Source of the DNA: an uncultured SAR116 cluster alpha proteobacterium
GTDB taxonomy: Bacteria > Pseudomonadota > Alphaproteobacteria > Puniceispirillales > GCA-002684695
Length of the DNA stretch: 64,000 bases
NCBI GenBank assembly: GCA_902539295.1
Contig: CACBIM010000003.1
Coordinates: forward strand, 62,905-126,904
Direction of reading: 5' to 3'
The position numbers and the translations under genes were made by a program. Positions 1 to 9,451 of this stretch are shown piece after piece. A model generated the notes under the pieces. It ran no database searches. It was not told the origin of the DNA and worked only from the letters and a program-made list of their open reading frames with translations. The stretch's first letter is position 1, and the number at the start of each line of letters is the position of its first letter.

Positions 1-625
1 CATTGTTAGCTTTTCACTAATAATCTTTTTAGTAAACTCAACTGTTGCAAGTGATCGAAAATTTAATTTAGGGCAAATTGCTACTAAAGAAGAGGTTGCA
101 GGATGGGACATTGATGTGAGGCCTGATGGTTTAGGTGCTCCAATTGGAAGTGGAACTGCTCTAATTGGTGAAGAAATATATACTGAACAATGCGCTGCTT
201 GCCATGGTGATTTTGGTGAAGGAGCCGATAGGTGGCCTGCACTTGTTGGAGGTGAAGACAGTTTAGCATCACACGATCCAGAGAAAACCACAGGAAGTTA
301 TTGGCCTTATGCTTCTACTATCTATGATTATGTATATAGAGCCATGCCTTATGGGGTGGCTCAATCTTTATCATATGACGAAACATATGAAATTGTAGCC
401 TATCTTCTCTATATGAGTGACATAATTGAGGAAGATTTTGTTTTATCAGATAAAAATATTGGTGAAATAGAGATGCCAAATAGAGACGGTTTTTTATTAC
501 CTGATCCAAGACCGGACGTAATAAATACGCAAGGGAATCCTTGTATGAGTAATTGTCAAGTATCTACAAAAATTATTGGTAGAGCTAGAGACATTGATGT
601 AACTCCAGAAGACGATAATTCTTAA
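1..625 (+). CDS. soxD: SoxD, sulfur dehydrogenase cytochrome c subunit, single-heme form (5' end outside window)
   Basis: Frame is open from base 2 (IVSFSL...EEVAGWDIDVRPDG), so the 116 start is internal. WDIDVRPDG, one CAACH heme motif, KTTGSYWPY, RAMPYG and MPNRDGF are typical of SoxD. Adjacent to soxB. Confidence 0.9.
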   Translation, partial: IVSFSLIIFLVNSTVASDRKFNLGQIATKEEVAGWDIDVRPDGLGAPIGSGTALIGEEIYTEQCAACHGDFGEGADRWPALVGGEDSLASHDPEKTTGSYWPYASTIYDYVYRAMPYGVAQSLSYDETYEIVAYLLYMSDIIEEDFVLSDKNIGEIEMPNRDGFLLPDPRPDVINTQGNPCMSNCQVSTKIIGRARDIDVTPEDDNS

Positions 626-649
626 ATTGTGGTAATTTAGAGAAACATA

Positions 650-2338
650 ATGCAATCGAGGCGAGAATTTCTTCAATTAGCTTCAATTACAGCGATGTTA
701 ATTGGTAATAGTAATTGGAATTCCGTTGCTGCTAAACAACAAATCACAGAAAATAATTTACTTAAGTTTGATGCAAAAGGTCAAATTACCTTACTTCATC
801 TAACTGATATACATGGACAACTTAAGCCTGTTTACTTTAGGCCTCCATCAGAAAACTTTGGAATTGGAAAATATGAAGGTATTCCACCTCATCTAGTTGG
901 TAAAACTTTCTTAGACTATTTTGGTATAGCTCCTAATACGCCATTAGCTTATGCTCATACTATGCTGGACTACGTTCCATTAGCAAGAGAATATGGCCAG
1001 CTAGGAGGATTAGACAGAACAGCTAGTTTGATTAAAAAAATAAGGGCAGAAAGAGGAGAAGATAAAGTACTCTTACTTGATGGCGGTGACACTTGGCAAG
1101 GTTCATACACTTCCCTCAAAACACAAGGAGAGGATATGTTAGAAGCGATGAAACTCCTGAAACCAGATGCTATGGTTGGACACTGGGAGTTTACACTTGG
1201 TCAAGAGCGTCTAAATGAACTAATTGAAAAGATAGATTTCCCTTTTCTTGGAGGTAATGTTTTTGATACTGAATGGGATGAACCGGTATTTGAAAGCACC
1301 TCCTATTTTGAAAAGGGAGGTGTAAAAATTGCTGTTATTGGTCAACATTTCCCTTACACTCCTATAGCTAATCCGAGGTATCTTGTTGAAGGATGGTCAT
1401 TTGGAATTAGACCTGAAACTATCCAAGAAAATATTGATAAAGCAAAAAGTAAAGGCGCAGAGGTAATCGTTTTATTATCTCATAATGGGTTTGATGTAGA
1501 TCAGAAGTTAGCAACCATGTTGGATAATGTTGATGTTATATTGACTGGACATACTCACGATGCAATTCCAAGAGCAATAAAGATTAAAAATACTTTGCTT
1601 CTTTCATCTGGTTCTCATGGAAAGTATTTAGGAAGGATTGACCTTAAAGTTGATAATGGAAAAGTTATTGATTCCTCATCAAATCTAATTCCAATTTTTT
1701 CAGATATAATTCAACCTGATCCAGAGATGAATAGATTGATCGATAAAATCAGGGAACCATATGAAGAGGAATGTAGCCGTGTGGTTGGTGAAGCGGAGAC
1801 TTTACTTTACAGAAGAGGTAATTTTGGTGGACCTTGGGATAGTGTCATTTGTGACGCTATTATTCAGAAAAGAGATACTCAAATTTCTTTAAGTCCAGGT
1901 TTCAGATGGGGAACAACACTATTACCTGGCCAAAAAATAACTATCGATGATATTTATTCCCAAACATCGATGAATTATCCGGAAGTTTATAGAACTGAAA
2001 TGAGTGGAGAAACAATTAAAAATCTCTTAGAAGATGTCTGCGATAATATTTTCAATCCTGATCCCTTCTTTCAACAAGGTGGAGATATGGTAAGGGTTGG
2101 CGGAATGTCGTATACATGTCATCCAAAAAATAAGATGGGTAATAGAATAAGTGATTTATCACTTTCACCTAGTGGAGAAAAAATTGAAGCTCAAAAAAAA
2201 TATACTGTTGGTGGTTGGGGTTCAATTAATCCTGACGTAGAAGGCCCTGCCATTTATAATGTTTTAGAAGACTATATTTCAGATAAACAGAATATTAGTC
2301 CTAAACAAAATAATCCAGTAACAATAAAAGGTATTTAA
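650..2338 (+). CDS. soxB: SoxB thiosulfohydrolase (5'-nucleotidase family)
   Basis: Tat signal SRREFL; TDIHGQL, DGGDTWQGS, GHWEF, LSHNG, GHTHD and NPDPFFQQGGDMVR motifs. Confidence 0.96.
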   Translation: MQSRREFLQLASITAMLIGNSNWNSVAAKQQITENNLLKFDAKGQITLLHLTDIHGQLKPVYFRPPSENFGIGKYEGIPPHLVGKTFLDYFGIAPNTPLAYAHTMLDYVPLAREYGQLGGLDRTASLIKKIRAERGEDKVLLLDGGDTWQGSYTSLKTQGEDMLEAMKLLKPDAMVGHWEFTLGQERLNELIEKIDFPFLGGNVFDTEWDEPVFESTSYFEKGGVKIAVIGQHFPYTPIANPRYLVEGWSFGIRPETIQENIDKAKSKGAEVIVLLSHNGFDVDQKLATMLDNVDVILTGHTHDAIPRAIKIKNTLLLSSGSHGKYLGRIDLKVDNGKVIDSSSNLIPIFSDIIQPDPEMNRLIDKIREPYEEECSRVVGEAETLLYRRGNFGGPWDSVICDAIIQKRDTQISLSPGFRWGTTLLPGQKITIDDIYSQTSMNYPEVYRTEMSGETIKNLLEDVCDNIFNPDPFFQQGGDMVRVGGMSYTCHPKNKMGNRISDLSLSPSGEKIEAQKKYTVGGWGSINPDVEGPAIYNVLEDYISDKQNISPKQNNPVTIKGI

Positions 2339-2361
2339 AAAGGCGGCATATAGCCGCCTTT
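2339..2361. terminator. Bidirectional intrinsic terminator between convergent soxB and soxF
   Basis: AAAGGCGGC-atata-GCCGCCTTT perfect 9-bp stem with A/T tracts on the flanks. Confidence 0.85.
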
Positions 2362-2385
2362 ATTAACTTTTTTTAATTTAGATAA

Positions 2386-3651
2386 TTAAGAAAACATATC
2401 TGTTGTTATACCTTCATACCAACCTATTGATTCTTCATAAGTAGCTTTTCTTAATGCACTATCTTCACCAGTTTTTGAAACAAATTTACTTGTTACATCA
2501 ATAGCTTCTGAACCAGCTGCATAGCTTGCGCCAACTTTAATGCCATCATTTGTTGCAACTAATGACCAACAAGTATTTGAGTAACGTGCATCAAATACCT
2601 TACTTCCTGTTAGAGCACCTCTGATATGATTAGCAGCAACTTTAGCTTGACTATTTGCTGAAAAACCAGACTTTGGCATTGATTTAGCAACTGATGCATC
2701 ACCTAATACATAGATATTTTCATCTGCTTGAGATTGCATTGATGCAGGAACAATTGGACACCAGTCACCATTATTAACTCCAGCTGCCATTGCAATTGCA
2801 CCAGCCTTTTGAGCTGGAACTACACAAGCTGCATCAGCTTTAAAAGTATCTAAATCAGTTTCAAATTCCATCTTGGAAGCGTTAACATTTTTTAGACCAC
2901 CATGAGTATCAGCATCAATCCACTCAATCATGCCTGGATAATGTCTCTGCCATCCTTCCATAAATAAACCTTGCTTTGAAAATTTATTTTTTGGATCAAG
3001 AACAACAATTTTAGCAGTTGGATTAGACTTTTTAAACTGATGAGCAATCATTGAAACTCTCTCATATGGTCCTGGAGGACATCTATATGGATTTGGTGGA
3101 GGGACCATTACAAAAGTACCACCTTGTTTCATATTCATAACTTGATTTCTCAATAACTGAACTTGAGTGCCTGACTTCCATGCGTGTGGCATATGTGTCT
3201 GAGCTTCAGCAGAGTAACCATTTATAGTATCATATTTAAGATCTATTCCAGGTGAAATGACAAGCTTATCATATGAAATTGAATTTCCTGAACCTAAATT
3301 AACTTTTTTAGCTGCTGAGTCTACTGAAACAGCCCACTCGTGTACAACGTTGACGCCTCTATTCACAGCAAGACCGTAATAATTATGACCTATCGAACCA
3401 TAATTTCTAAATCCTCCTAAATATAGATTAGAAAAAAAGCATGTGTAATATCGCTTTGATGCTTCAACTAGTGTAACATGAACACCGCCTTTAGAATCTT
3501 TAGCAATGTACCTTGCTGCGGTTGCGCCACCTGCTCCTCCTCCAATAACGACAACTCTTGGTAAAGCACCAAGTGAAATTGACGGCATTGAGAGTGTTGC
3601 AACTGAGGCGGCAGCAATACCTGTAAAAGTACGCCTTGAAATTTTTGACAT
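2386..3651 (-). CDS. soxF: Flavocytochrome c sulfide dehydrogenase flavoprotein (SoxF/FccB)
   Basis: Tat signal SRRTF; VVVIGGGAGG FAD site; TCFFSN, RCPPGPYER, PKSGFSANSQAK and NTCWSL motifs. Confidence 0.92.
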   Translation of the reverse strand: MSKISRRTFTGIAAASVATLSMPSISLGALPRVVVIGGGAGGATAARYIAKDSKGGVHVTLVEASKRYYTCFFSNLYLGGFRNYGSIGHNYYGLAVNRGVNVVHEWAVSVDSAAKKVNLGSGNSISYDKLVISPGIDLKYDTINGYSAEAQTHMPHAWKSGTQVQLLRNQVMNMKQGGTFVMVPPPNPYRCPPGPYERVSMIAHQFKKSNPTAKIVVLDPKNKFSKQGLFMEGWQRHYPGMIEWIDADTHGGLKNVNASKMEFETDLDTFKADAACVVPAQKAGAIAMAAGVNNGDWCPIVPASMQSQADENIYVLGDASVAKSMPKSGFSANSQAKVAANHIRGALTGSKVFDARYSNTCWSLVATNDGIKVGASYAAGSEAIDVTSKFVSKTGEDSALRKATYEESIGWYEGITTDMFS

Positions 3652-3721
3652 TATGTCCTCCCCAAATAAATTAACTGTTAGAATGTTATCAGCTTTTAGC
3701 CTGAAGTAAATGAAAATATGA

Positions 3722-4048
3722 TCATTTTGGTGGATCTAATTTACTAAAATATAGAGCTAATGACCCAATTTGCTCATCATCAAGTCTCCCAGCAATCATT
3801 TGCATAACAGGATTTTCCATTTCTTTTGATCTGTAAGCTAACATTAAAGCAACAAAAACCTCTGCATCCATTCCATTGATTGCAGGAATACCTTTACTAA
3901 TACCTGCCTGATGATGACATGCCGCACATTCGGCGCCCAAATACTCTCCAAATTCTATATCGCCCATTGAAATAATTTGTTGCTCATCAGCAAAAGAAAA
4001 TTTGCAAAAAGATATTAAAAAAAAGATTAAAAATGAAAATATTTTCAT
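3722..4048 (-). CDS. Monoheme periplasmic cytochrome c (SoxE C-terminal-domain/FccA-like partner of SoxF)
   Basis: Signal peptide, one CAACH motif, GIPAING...NPVMQMIAGRL; directly upstream of soxF. Confidence 0.85.
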   Translation of the reverse strand: MKIFSFLIFFLISFCKFSFADEQQIISMGDIEFGEYLGAECAACHHQAGISKGIPAINGMDAEVFVALMLAYRSKEMENPVMQMIAGRLDDEQIGSLALYFSKLDPPK

Positions 4049-4137
4049 ATAAATAATTTAAAAACAATCAAATTTAATTTGTCAATCAGTTAAATATTCT
4101 TATTAACAATAAATTAAAATTTTTTAGGAAAACTATT

Positions 4138-4353
4138 ATGATAAGTTATATAAAATGGATTAGTACTTTTTTAGTTTTAAGTGGAATTTTACTAACTAAT
4201 TTAAATATTTATCCACTAAATATTTTTATTCATGGCAGTGGAGCACTAGGTTGGTCATTAGCAGGATATTTAAGTTCTGATAGAGCTATACTTACGAATT
4301 TTGGCCTCCAGATCCCATTATTTTTAATTGGGTATTTTAATTTTCTAATATAA
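4138..4353 (+). CDS. Small membrane protein (DUF6552-like)
   Basis: 71 aa, three hydrophobic segments, KW...NIYPLNI...GW pattern, AGGA RBS upstream. Family name is from recall. Confidence 0.65.
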   Translation: MISYIKWISTFLVLSGILLTNLNIYPLNIFIHGSGALGWSLAGYLSSDRAILTNFGLQIPLFLIGYFNFLI

Positions 4354-4354
4354 A

Positions 4355-5899
4355 TCAGAAAGACAAAGATAATTGTTTATTAGTTTTTATTTTTTTTAAT
4401 TTACTATCAATAAAATTATTATCTCTATTTGAATTTCGACTGCCATGTTTTACGTAAACCTTTTTTGCAATAGTTTTAAAGTTTGCTCCCTTTCTAATTT
4501 CAGCAATTTTACTTTTGGCTAAACTGACAGCTTTTTTATGATCTACTATGGGATGTGGATAATCTTTTCCAATAATACATTTGAGTTTTTTTTGAGTTTC
4601 AAAATCCATTTTCCATGGTTCATGGACCCAATTTGAGTTTAGTTTCTGTAATTCAGGAACCCATTTCCTAATGAAGTCACCATTATCATCATGCTCTTTT
4701 GACTGCTTTACAGGGTTGTAAATACGGTATGTATTAATTCCAGTCACGCCTGACTGCATTTGTAACTGGCTGTAATGGATGCCTGGCTCATAGTCTGTAA
4801 ATAATTTCGCTAAATGATGTGCAAAATCTCTCCAATCAAGCCACAAGTCATAGCTTGCAAAACTCACAAGCATTGCTCTCATTCTAAATGTGATCCATCC
4901 TTGATTTGTCAGATTACGCATACACGCATCTACAAATGGGTATCCAGTCTGTCCTGATTTCCAAGCATTAAAAAATTGTTCCTTGTAACTATTTATTCTA
5001 AGGTTTTCAAAGGATTTGTGCATACACAAATTTTCAATTGTTGGGTCATCCTCTAATTTCTGAATAAAGTGGCATCTCCAAGACAATCTTGATTGAAATG
5101 AAGATAAATTTTTTTTCCAATATTTATCTTCTTTTTTGATTAGGTCTTTCGCATATTTAACCTTTTTAATCACTTCTTTTGAAGAAATAGCGCCCCACGT
5201 TAAATAAGGTGAAATCCTAGAACAGTATTCTGAGGAAGATTTTGGACTTGAAATATTTTTCAAATAGGATTTACTCCTAAAATTTAGAAAACTGTCTAAG
5301 ATTTTTAATCCAGTTTTTCTCCCCCCTTTTTGAATATTCAAAATAAAATTGTCTTCAAAAATGATTGACTTTCTAGAGATTGAATCTGATTTGTAGTAAT
5401 CAATTTTTTTTAACCCTACTGGACTAGGTATTACATCAGAAAGCAGCCTCTGATTTTTAATCTTTATCCATTCATCTCTTGACTTCAGCCCTCTTACTAC
5501 ACCATTTGTGGGGCATTCTATAAATTCAATTTGGTTTTTCTCAAACCAGTTTTTAACTAATAAGTTTTCTTTTCTAACCCAATCATTACTTGTCTCTTCG
5601 TGAGCGTACACTTTGTTTATTTTAAAATTACTTTGAATGTCTTTAAAGATATTAACAGCACTTCCTTTTTTTATAATTAAAGGCTGCCCGATGTTAGATA
5701 ATTCAATATTAAGTTCTTCAAGACAATCGTAAACAAAATTCCAATGACTTATAGATGAAAAATTTTGAGACCAATAATTTTGATCTACAACATATAATGG
5801 AATGAAAGGTATTCTCTCTTTAGATGCTTTATAAATTGGTACATGATCTGCAATCCTAAGATCTCTCTTAAACCAAACAATATTTATTTCACCTAACAT
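4355..5899 (-). CDS. DNA photolyase/cryptochrome family protein
   Basis: WFKRDLRIADH N-terminus; SRISPYLTWG, W-GQTGYPFVDACMR, DYEPGIH and RIYNPVKQ FAD-domain motifs. Confidence 0.93.
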   Translation of the reverse strand: MLGEINIVWFKRDLRIADHVPIYKASKERIPFIPLYVVDQNYWSQNFSSISHWNFVYDCLEELNIELSNIGQPLIIKKGSAVNIFKDIQSNFKINKVYAHEETSNDWVRKENLLVKNWFEKNQIEFIECPTNGVVRGLKSRDEWIKIKNQRLLSDVIPSPVGLKKIDYYKSDSISRKSIIFEDNFILNIQKGGRKTGLKILDSFLNFRSKSYLKNISSPKSSSEYCSRISPYLTWGAISSKEVIKKVKYAKDLIKKEDKYWKKNLSSFQSRLSWRCHFIQKLEDDPTIENLCMHKSFENLRINSYKEQFFNAWKSGQTGYPFVDACMRNLTNQGWITFRMRAMLVSFASYDLWLDWRDFAHHLAKLFTDYEPGIHYSQLQMQSGVTGINTYRIYNPVKQSKEHDDNGDFIRKWVPELQKLNSNWVHEPWKMDFETQKKLKCIIGKDYPHPIVDHKKAVSLAKSKIAEIRKGANFKTIAKKVYVKHGSRNSNRDNNFIDSKLKKIKTNKQLSLSF

Positions 5900-5948
5900 G
5901 AAGTCTTAAATAATAATAAATTTATTAAAGTCTAAATTTTAGAGATAA

Positions 5949-5984
5949 AAAAAGCTCAAAATATATTATAATTTTGAGCTTTTT
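5949..5984 (-). terminator. Intrinsic terminator downstream of tuf
   Basis: AAAAAGCTCAAAAT-atattata-ATTTTGAGCTTTTT 14-bp inverted repeat. Confidence 0.8.
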
Positions 5985-6002
5985 AATTTAAATTTAAAAA
6001 TA

Positions 6003-7193
6003 CTAAGCAGAGATAGAGGCTACAACTCCTGCACCCACTGTTCGTCCACCTTCACGGATAGCAAACCTTAGTCCATCATCCATAGCTATTGGCGCTATCA
6101 ACTCAACTTCCATACTGATGTTATCACCTGGCATTACCATTTCTGTACCCTCTGGCAATATCACTGAACCTGTCACATCTGTTGTTCTAAAGTAAAACTG
6201 TGGCCTGTAATTACTGAAGAAAGGTGTATGACGCCCCCCCTCATCTTTTGTCAATATGTAAGCTTCAGCCTTAAACTTTGTATGAGGTGTAATTGATCCT
6301 GGCTTCGCCAATACCTGGCCTCTTTCAACTTCTTCTCTCTTTGTACCTCGAAGAAGAACTCCTACGTTATCTCCAGCCTCACCTTGATCAAGTAACTTAC
6401 GGAACATCTCAACACCTGTACAGGTTGTCTTTTGTGTCTCTCTAATACCAATGATCTCAATTTCCTCGTTAACATTTACAACACCACGCTCAATACGGCC
6501 TGTCACAACTGTACCACGACCTGATATTGAGAACACATCCTCAATCGGCATCAAAAATGGCTGATCTTTTGGTCTGTCTGGAGTTGGAATATACTCATCA
6601 ACAGCTTTCATAAGCTCTAAAATCTTCTCTTTACCAATATTATCGTCTTTACCTTCAAGAGCCGCTAAAGCAGAACCTGAAATAATTGGAATGTCATCAC
6701 CTGGAAATTCATATGAAGATAATAATTCACGCACTTCTAATTCAACTAATTCTAATAGCTCTGCATCATCAACCTGATCAACTTTATTCAAGAAGACAGC
6801 CAGTGCTGGCACACCAACCTGACGTGCTAGTAGAATATGTTCACGTGTTTGAGGCATTGGGCCGTCTGCTGCAGAGACAACTAAAATACCACCATCCATT
6901 TGAGCAGCACCTGTAATCATGTTCTTAACATAGTCAGCGTGACCAGGACAATCTACATGTGCATAGTGCCTGTTATCAGTTTCATACTCAACGTGAGCAG
7001 TTGAGATTGTAATACCGCGCTCTCTTTCTTCTGGTGCTTTATCAATTTCATCATATGCTTGAAACTCTGCTCCACCTGCTTCAGCTAATACCTTAGTAAT
7101 TGCAGCAGTTAGAGTTGTTTTACCATGATCAACATGCCCTATTGTACCAATATTGGCATGGGGTTTGGAACGATCGAATTTTTCTTTGGACAT
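6003..7193 (-). CDS. tuf: Elongation factor Tu
   Basis: [31 protein letters not shown]; 396 aa. Confidence 0.99.
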   Translation of the reverse strand: MSKEKFDRSKPHANIGTIGHVDHGKTTLTAAITKVLAEAGGAEFQAYDEIDKAPEERERGITISTAHVEYETDNRHYAHVDCPGHADYVKNMITGAAQMDGGILVVSAADGPMPQTREHILLARQVGVPALAVFLNKVDQVDDAELLELVELEVRELLSSYEFPGDDIPIISGSALAALEGKDDNIGKEKILELMKAVDEYIPTPDRPKDQPFLMPIEDVFSISGRGTVVTGRIERGVVNVNEEIEIIGIRETQKTTCTGVEMFRKLLDQGEAGDNVGVLLRGTKREEVERGQVLAKPGSITPHTKFKAEAYILTKDEGGRHTPFFSNYRPQFYFRTTDVTGSVILPEGTEMVMPGDNISMEVELIAPIAMDDGLRFAIREGGRTVGAGVVASISA

Positions 7194-7280
7194 AAGTAGC
7201 CTCTTTCAATGTCAAAATAAATTTATACTCTTTTAATTAAATTGTTTGTTTTAATCAATAAATTAATAATAATTATTAAA

Positions 7281-7365
7281 TGGTGGTGGGGGTAGGATTC
7301 GAACCTACGTACGCTACGCGGGCAGATTTACAGTCTGCTGCCTTTAACCACTCGGCCACCCCACC
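7281..7365 (-). tRNA. tRNA-Tyr(GUA)
   Basis: GGTGGGGTGGCCGAGTGGTTAAAGGCAGCAGACTGTAAATCTGC...GGTTCGAATCCTACCCCCACCACCA; long variable arm, encoded CCA, 85 nt. Confidence 0.98.
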
Positions 7366-7473
7366 TAATATATTATTGTTTCAAATAGCCTGATATGAGA
7401 TAAACCATGCATTTGTCAACAACATTGATAAATTTAACTTAAATTAATTTATCAAAACAAATAATATAAAAAA

Positions 7474-8280
7474 ATGAAAATTTATAAAAATAAAAATTAT
7501 AACTATAATCAGTTTAGAAAAAAAAATAACAAAACTTCAAAAAGCTTAATTAAAGCTCCAGTAAATCAGAATTATATGATTTGGGGGAAGCATGCTTTAG
7601 AAGCTGCAATTTCTAATAAAAATAGAAAAATAATTATCATCTATCATACTCCAGAAATGACAGATTGGGTGTATCAAAATCTCAAAAATAAAAAAAGACT
7701 AAATATTAAATTTATTGAAGTAGATAGAAAGTCTCTGGATGAAAATTCTATGTCAAGTCCTAACCAAGGTGTTTTAGCTGAGGTAGAACCAATTAATTGG
7801 ATTAGTATTGAAGAATGCGTAAATCAGATGACAGGCAATGTGTGTTTAGTACTTCTTGATCAACTAACTAATCCTCAAAACATAGGGTCAATATTAAGAA
7901 CAGCTAACGCTTTTAATGTAGCCGGGGTAGTTGTTACTAAAAACAATACACCTACTGAAAATGGACTTATGGCTAGAGCAGCAGCAGGTGCCATAGAGAC
8001 GATGCCTTTGATTCGCGTTACAAATCTATCTAGAACCATAGAATATTTACAAAAACATGATTTTTTTGTAATTGGTTTAGAAAAAAATGGAAGTGAAAAT
8101 ATTAAAAACTGTTCTGGAAATCTAAGGACTGCTCTAGTTTTAGGATCAGAAAACCTTGGACTTAGAAGACTTACAAGAGAAAAAATATCTATATCCGCAA
8201 AAATCCCGATTGCTGTTCAGACAGAATCCCTTAATGTATCTAGTGCAGCAGCAATTGCACTTTATGTAATTCAAAATTAA
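7474..8280 (+). CDS. rlmB: 23S rRNA Gm2251 methyltransferase RlmB (SpoU/TrmH family)
   Basis: LDQLTNPQNIGSILRTA, VLGSE-GL and ESLNVS SPOUT motifs; divergent from tRNA-Tyr/tuf as in other alphaproteobacteria. Confidence 0.88.
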   Translation: MKIYKNKNYNYNQFRKKNNKTSKSLIKAPVNQNYMIWGKHALEAAISNKNRKIIIIYHTPEMTDWVYQNLKNKKRLNIKFIEVDRKSLDENSMSSPNQGVLAEVEPINWISIEECVNQMTGNVCLVLLDQLTNPQNIGSILRTANAFNVAGVVVTKNNTPTENGLMARAAAGAIETMPLIRVTNLSRTIEYLQKHDFFVIGLEKNGSENIKNCSGNLRTALVLGSENLGLRRLTREKISISAKIPIAVQTESLNVSSAAAIALYVIQN

Positions 8281-8347
8281 ATTAATTGCATCAATGCTTT
8301 TGTATGCTAATTAAATAAAAAAAAACTTTATAAGGGAAGAAAAACCA

Positions 8348-9370
8348 ATGAAACTTTCACATAAATTATTTGGTGCTTTTTTAGCATCAATTTTAATAAG
8401 TTTGTCATCAACTGCTTTCGCTTTTACTGCTTGCCAAGTAACTGATATTGGAGGTGTTGACGATAAAGGATTTAATGCAACTTCTTGGAAAGGTGTTCAA
8501 GATGCAGTTGCGAAACATGGTATTGGCTCTAAACTACTTGAATCCAATGCTGAAACTGACTACGTACCTAATTTAAATTCATTTGTTTCTGAGGGGTGTG
8601 ATATAATTGTTTCTGTCGGCTTTCTAATGGGAGAAGCAACAGCAAACGCAGCCAAAGAAAACCCTGACAGCAAATTTGCTATAGTTGACTTTGCTTATGA
8701 TCCAACAATACCAAATGTTATGGGTTTAATTTATAATACAGATGAAGCTGCATTTCTTGCTGGCTATCTTGCCGCAGGTGTATCAAAAACAGGTATAGTT
8801 GGTACTTTTGGAGGAATAAATATCCCTCCAGTAACAATTTTTATGGATGGATTTGTTGCTGGTGTTAACCATCACAATAAAACTAAAGGTACTAGCGTAA
8901 CTGTCCTTGGATGGGATCCTGCAAGCAAAGAAGGTTTATTTACTAATAATTTTTCATCATTAGATGACGGAAGAGCTTTTGCACAAAATCTTTATGATGA
9001 GGGCGCAGATATTGTAATGCCTGTTGCTGGACCAGTTGGCTTAGGATCTGCTGCACTAGCTTCAGAATTAGGAACTGATAGCCTCAAAATTATTGGTGTT
9101 GATGTTGATCAATACGTTTTAGACACTAAAAATCAATCAGTTTATTTAACAACTGTTGAGAAAGGCATGGATGCAACTGTTCTTGGTGCAATCGAGTCTG
9201 CTAAAAATGGATCTTTTAAAGGAGGAGTGTACGTAGGAACACTGGCTAATAACGGTGTAAGAATTGCTCCATACCATGATTTATCTTCATCTGTTTCTAA
9301 TGGATTAAACAATGAAATAAAGAAACTTAGATCATCAATCATTAATGGATTTCTTTCTGTAAAGAATTAA
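8348..9370 (+). CDS. BMP-family (PnrA-like) nucleoside ABC transporter substrate-binding protein
   Basis: DIGGVDDKGFN, EAAFLAGYLAA, GADIVMPVAG and IGVDVDQ motifs; Sec signal ending AFA. Confidence 0.92.
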   Translation: MKLSHKLFGAFLASILISLSSTAFAFTACQVTDIGGVDDKGFNATSWKGVQDAVAKHGIGSKLLESNAETDYVPNLNSFVSEGCDIIVSVGFLMGEATANAAKENPDSKFAIVDFAYDPTIPNVMGLIYNTDEAAFLAGYLAAGVSKTGIVGTFGGINIPPVTIFMDGFVAGVNHHNKTKGTSVTVLGWDPASKEGLFTNNFSSLDDGRAFAQNLYDEGADIVMPVAGPVGLGSAALASELGTDSLKIIGVDVDQYVLDTKNQSVYLTTVEKGMDATVLGAIESAKNGSFKGGVYVGTLANNGVRIAPYHDLSSSVSNGLNNEIKKLRSSIINGFLSVKN

Positions 9371-9375
9371 ATCAA

Positions 9376-9412
9376 AAAGTGATCTGGGATATAAATTATC
9401 TCAGATCACTTT
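9376..9412 (+). terminator. Stem-loop after the binding-protein gene (partial terminator or mRNA stabiliser)
   Basis: AAAGTGATCTGGGATA-taaat-TATCTCAGATCACTTT, 16-bp stem with one G-U pair. Confidence 0.75.
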
Positions 9413-9451
9413 AATCTTCCAAATTTTTATTCTAATGTATTTGAAACCAAA

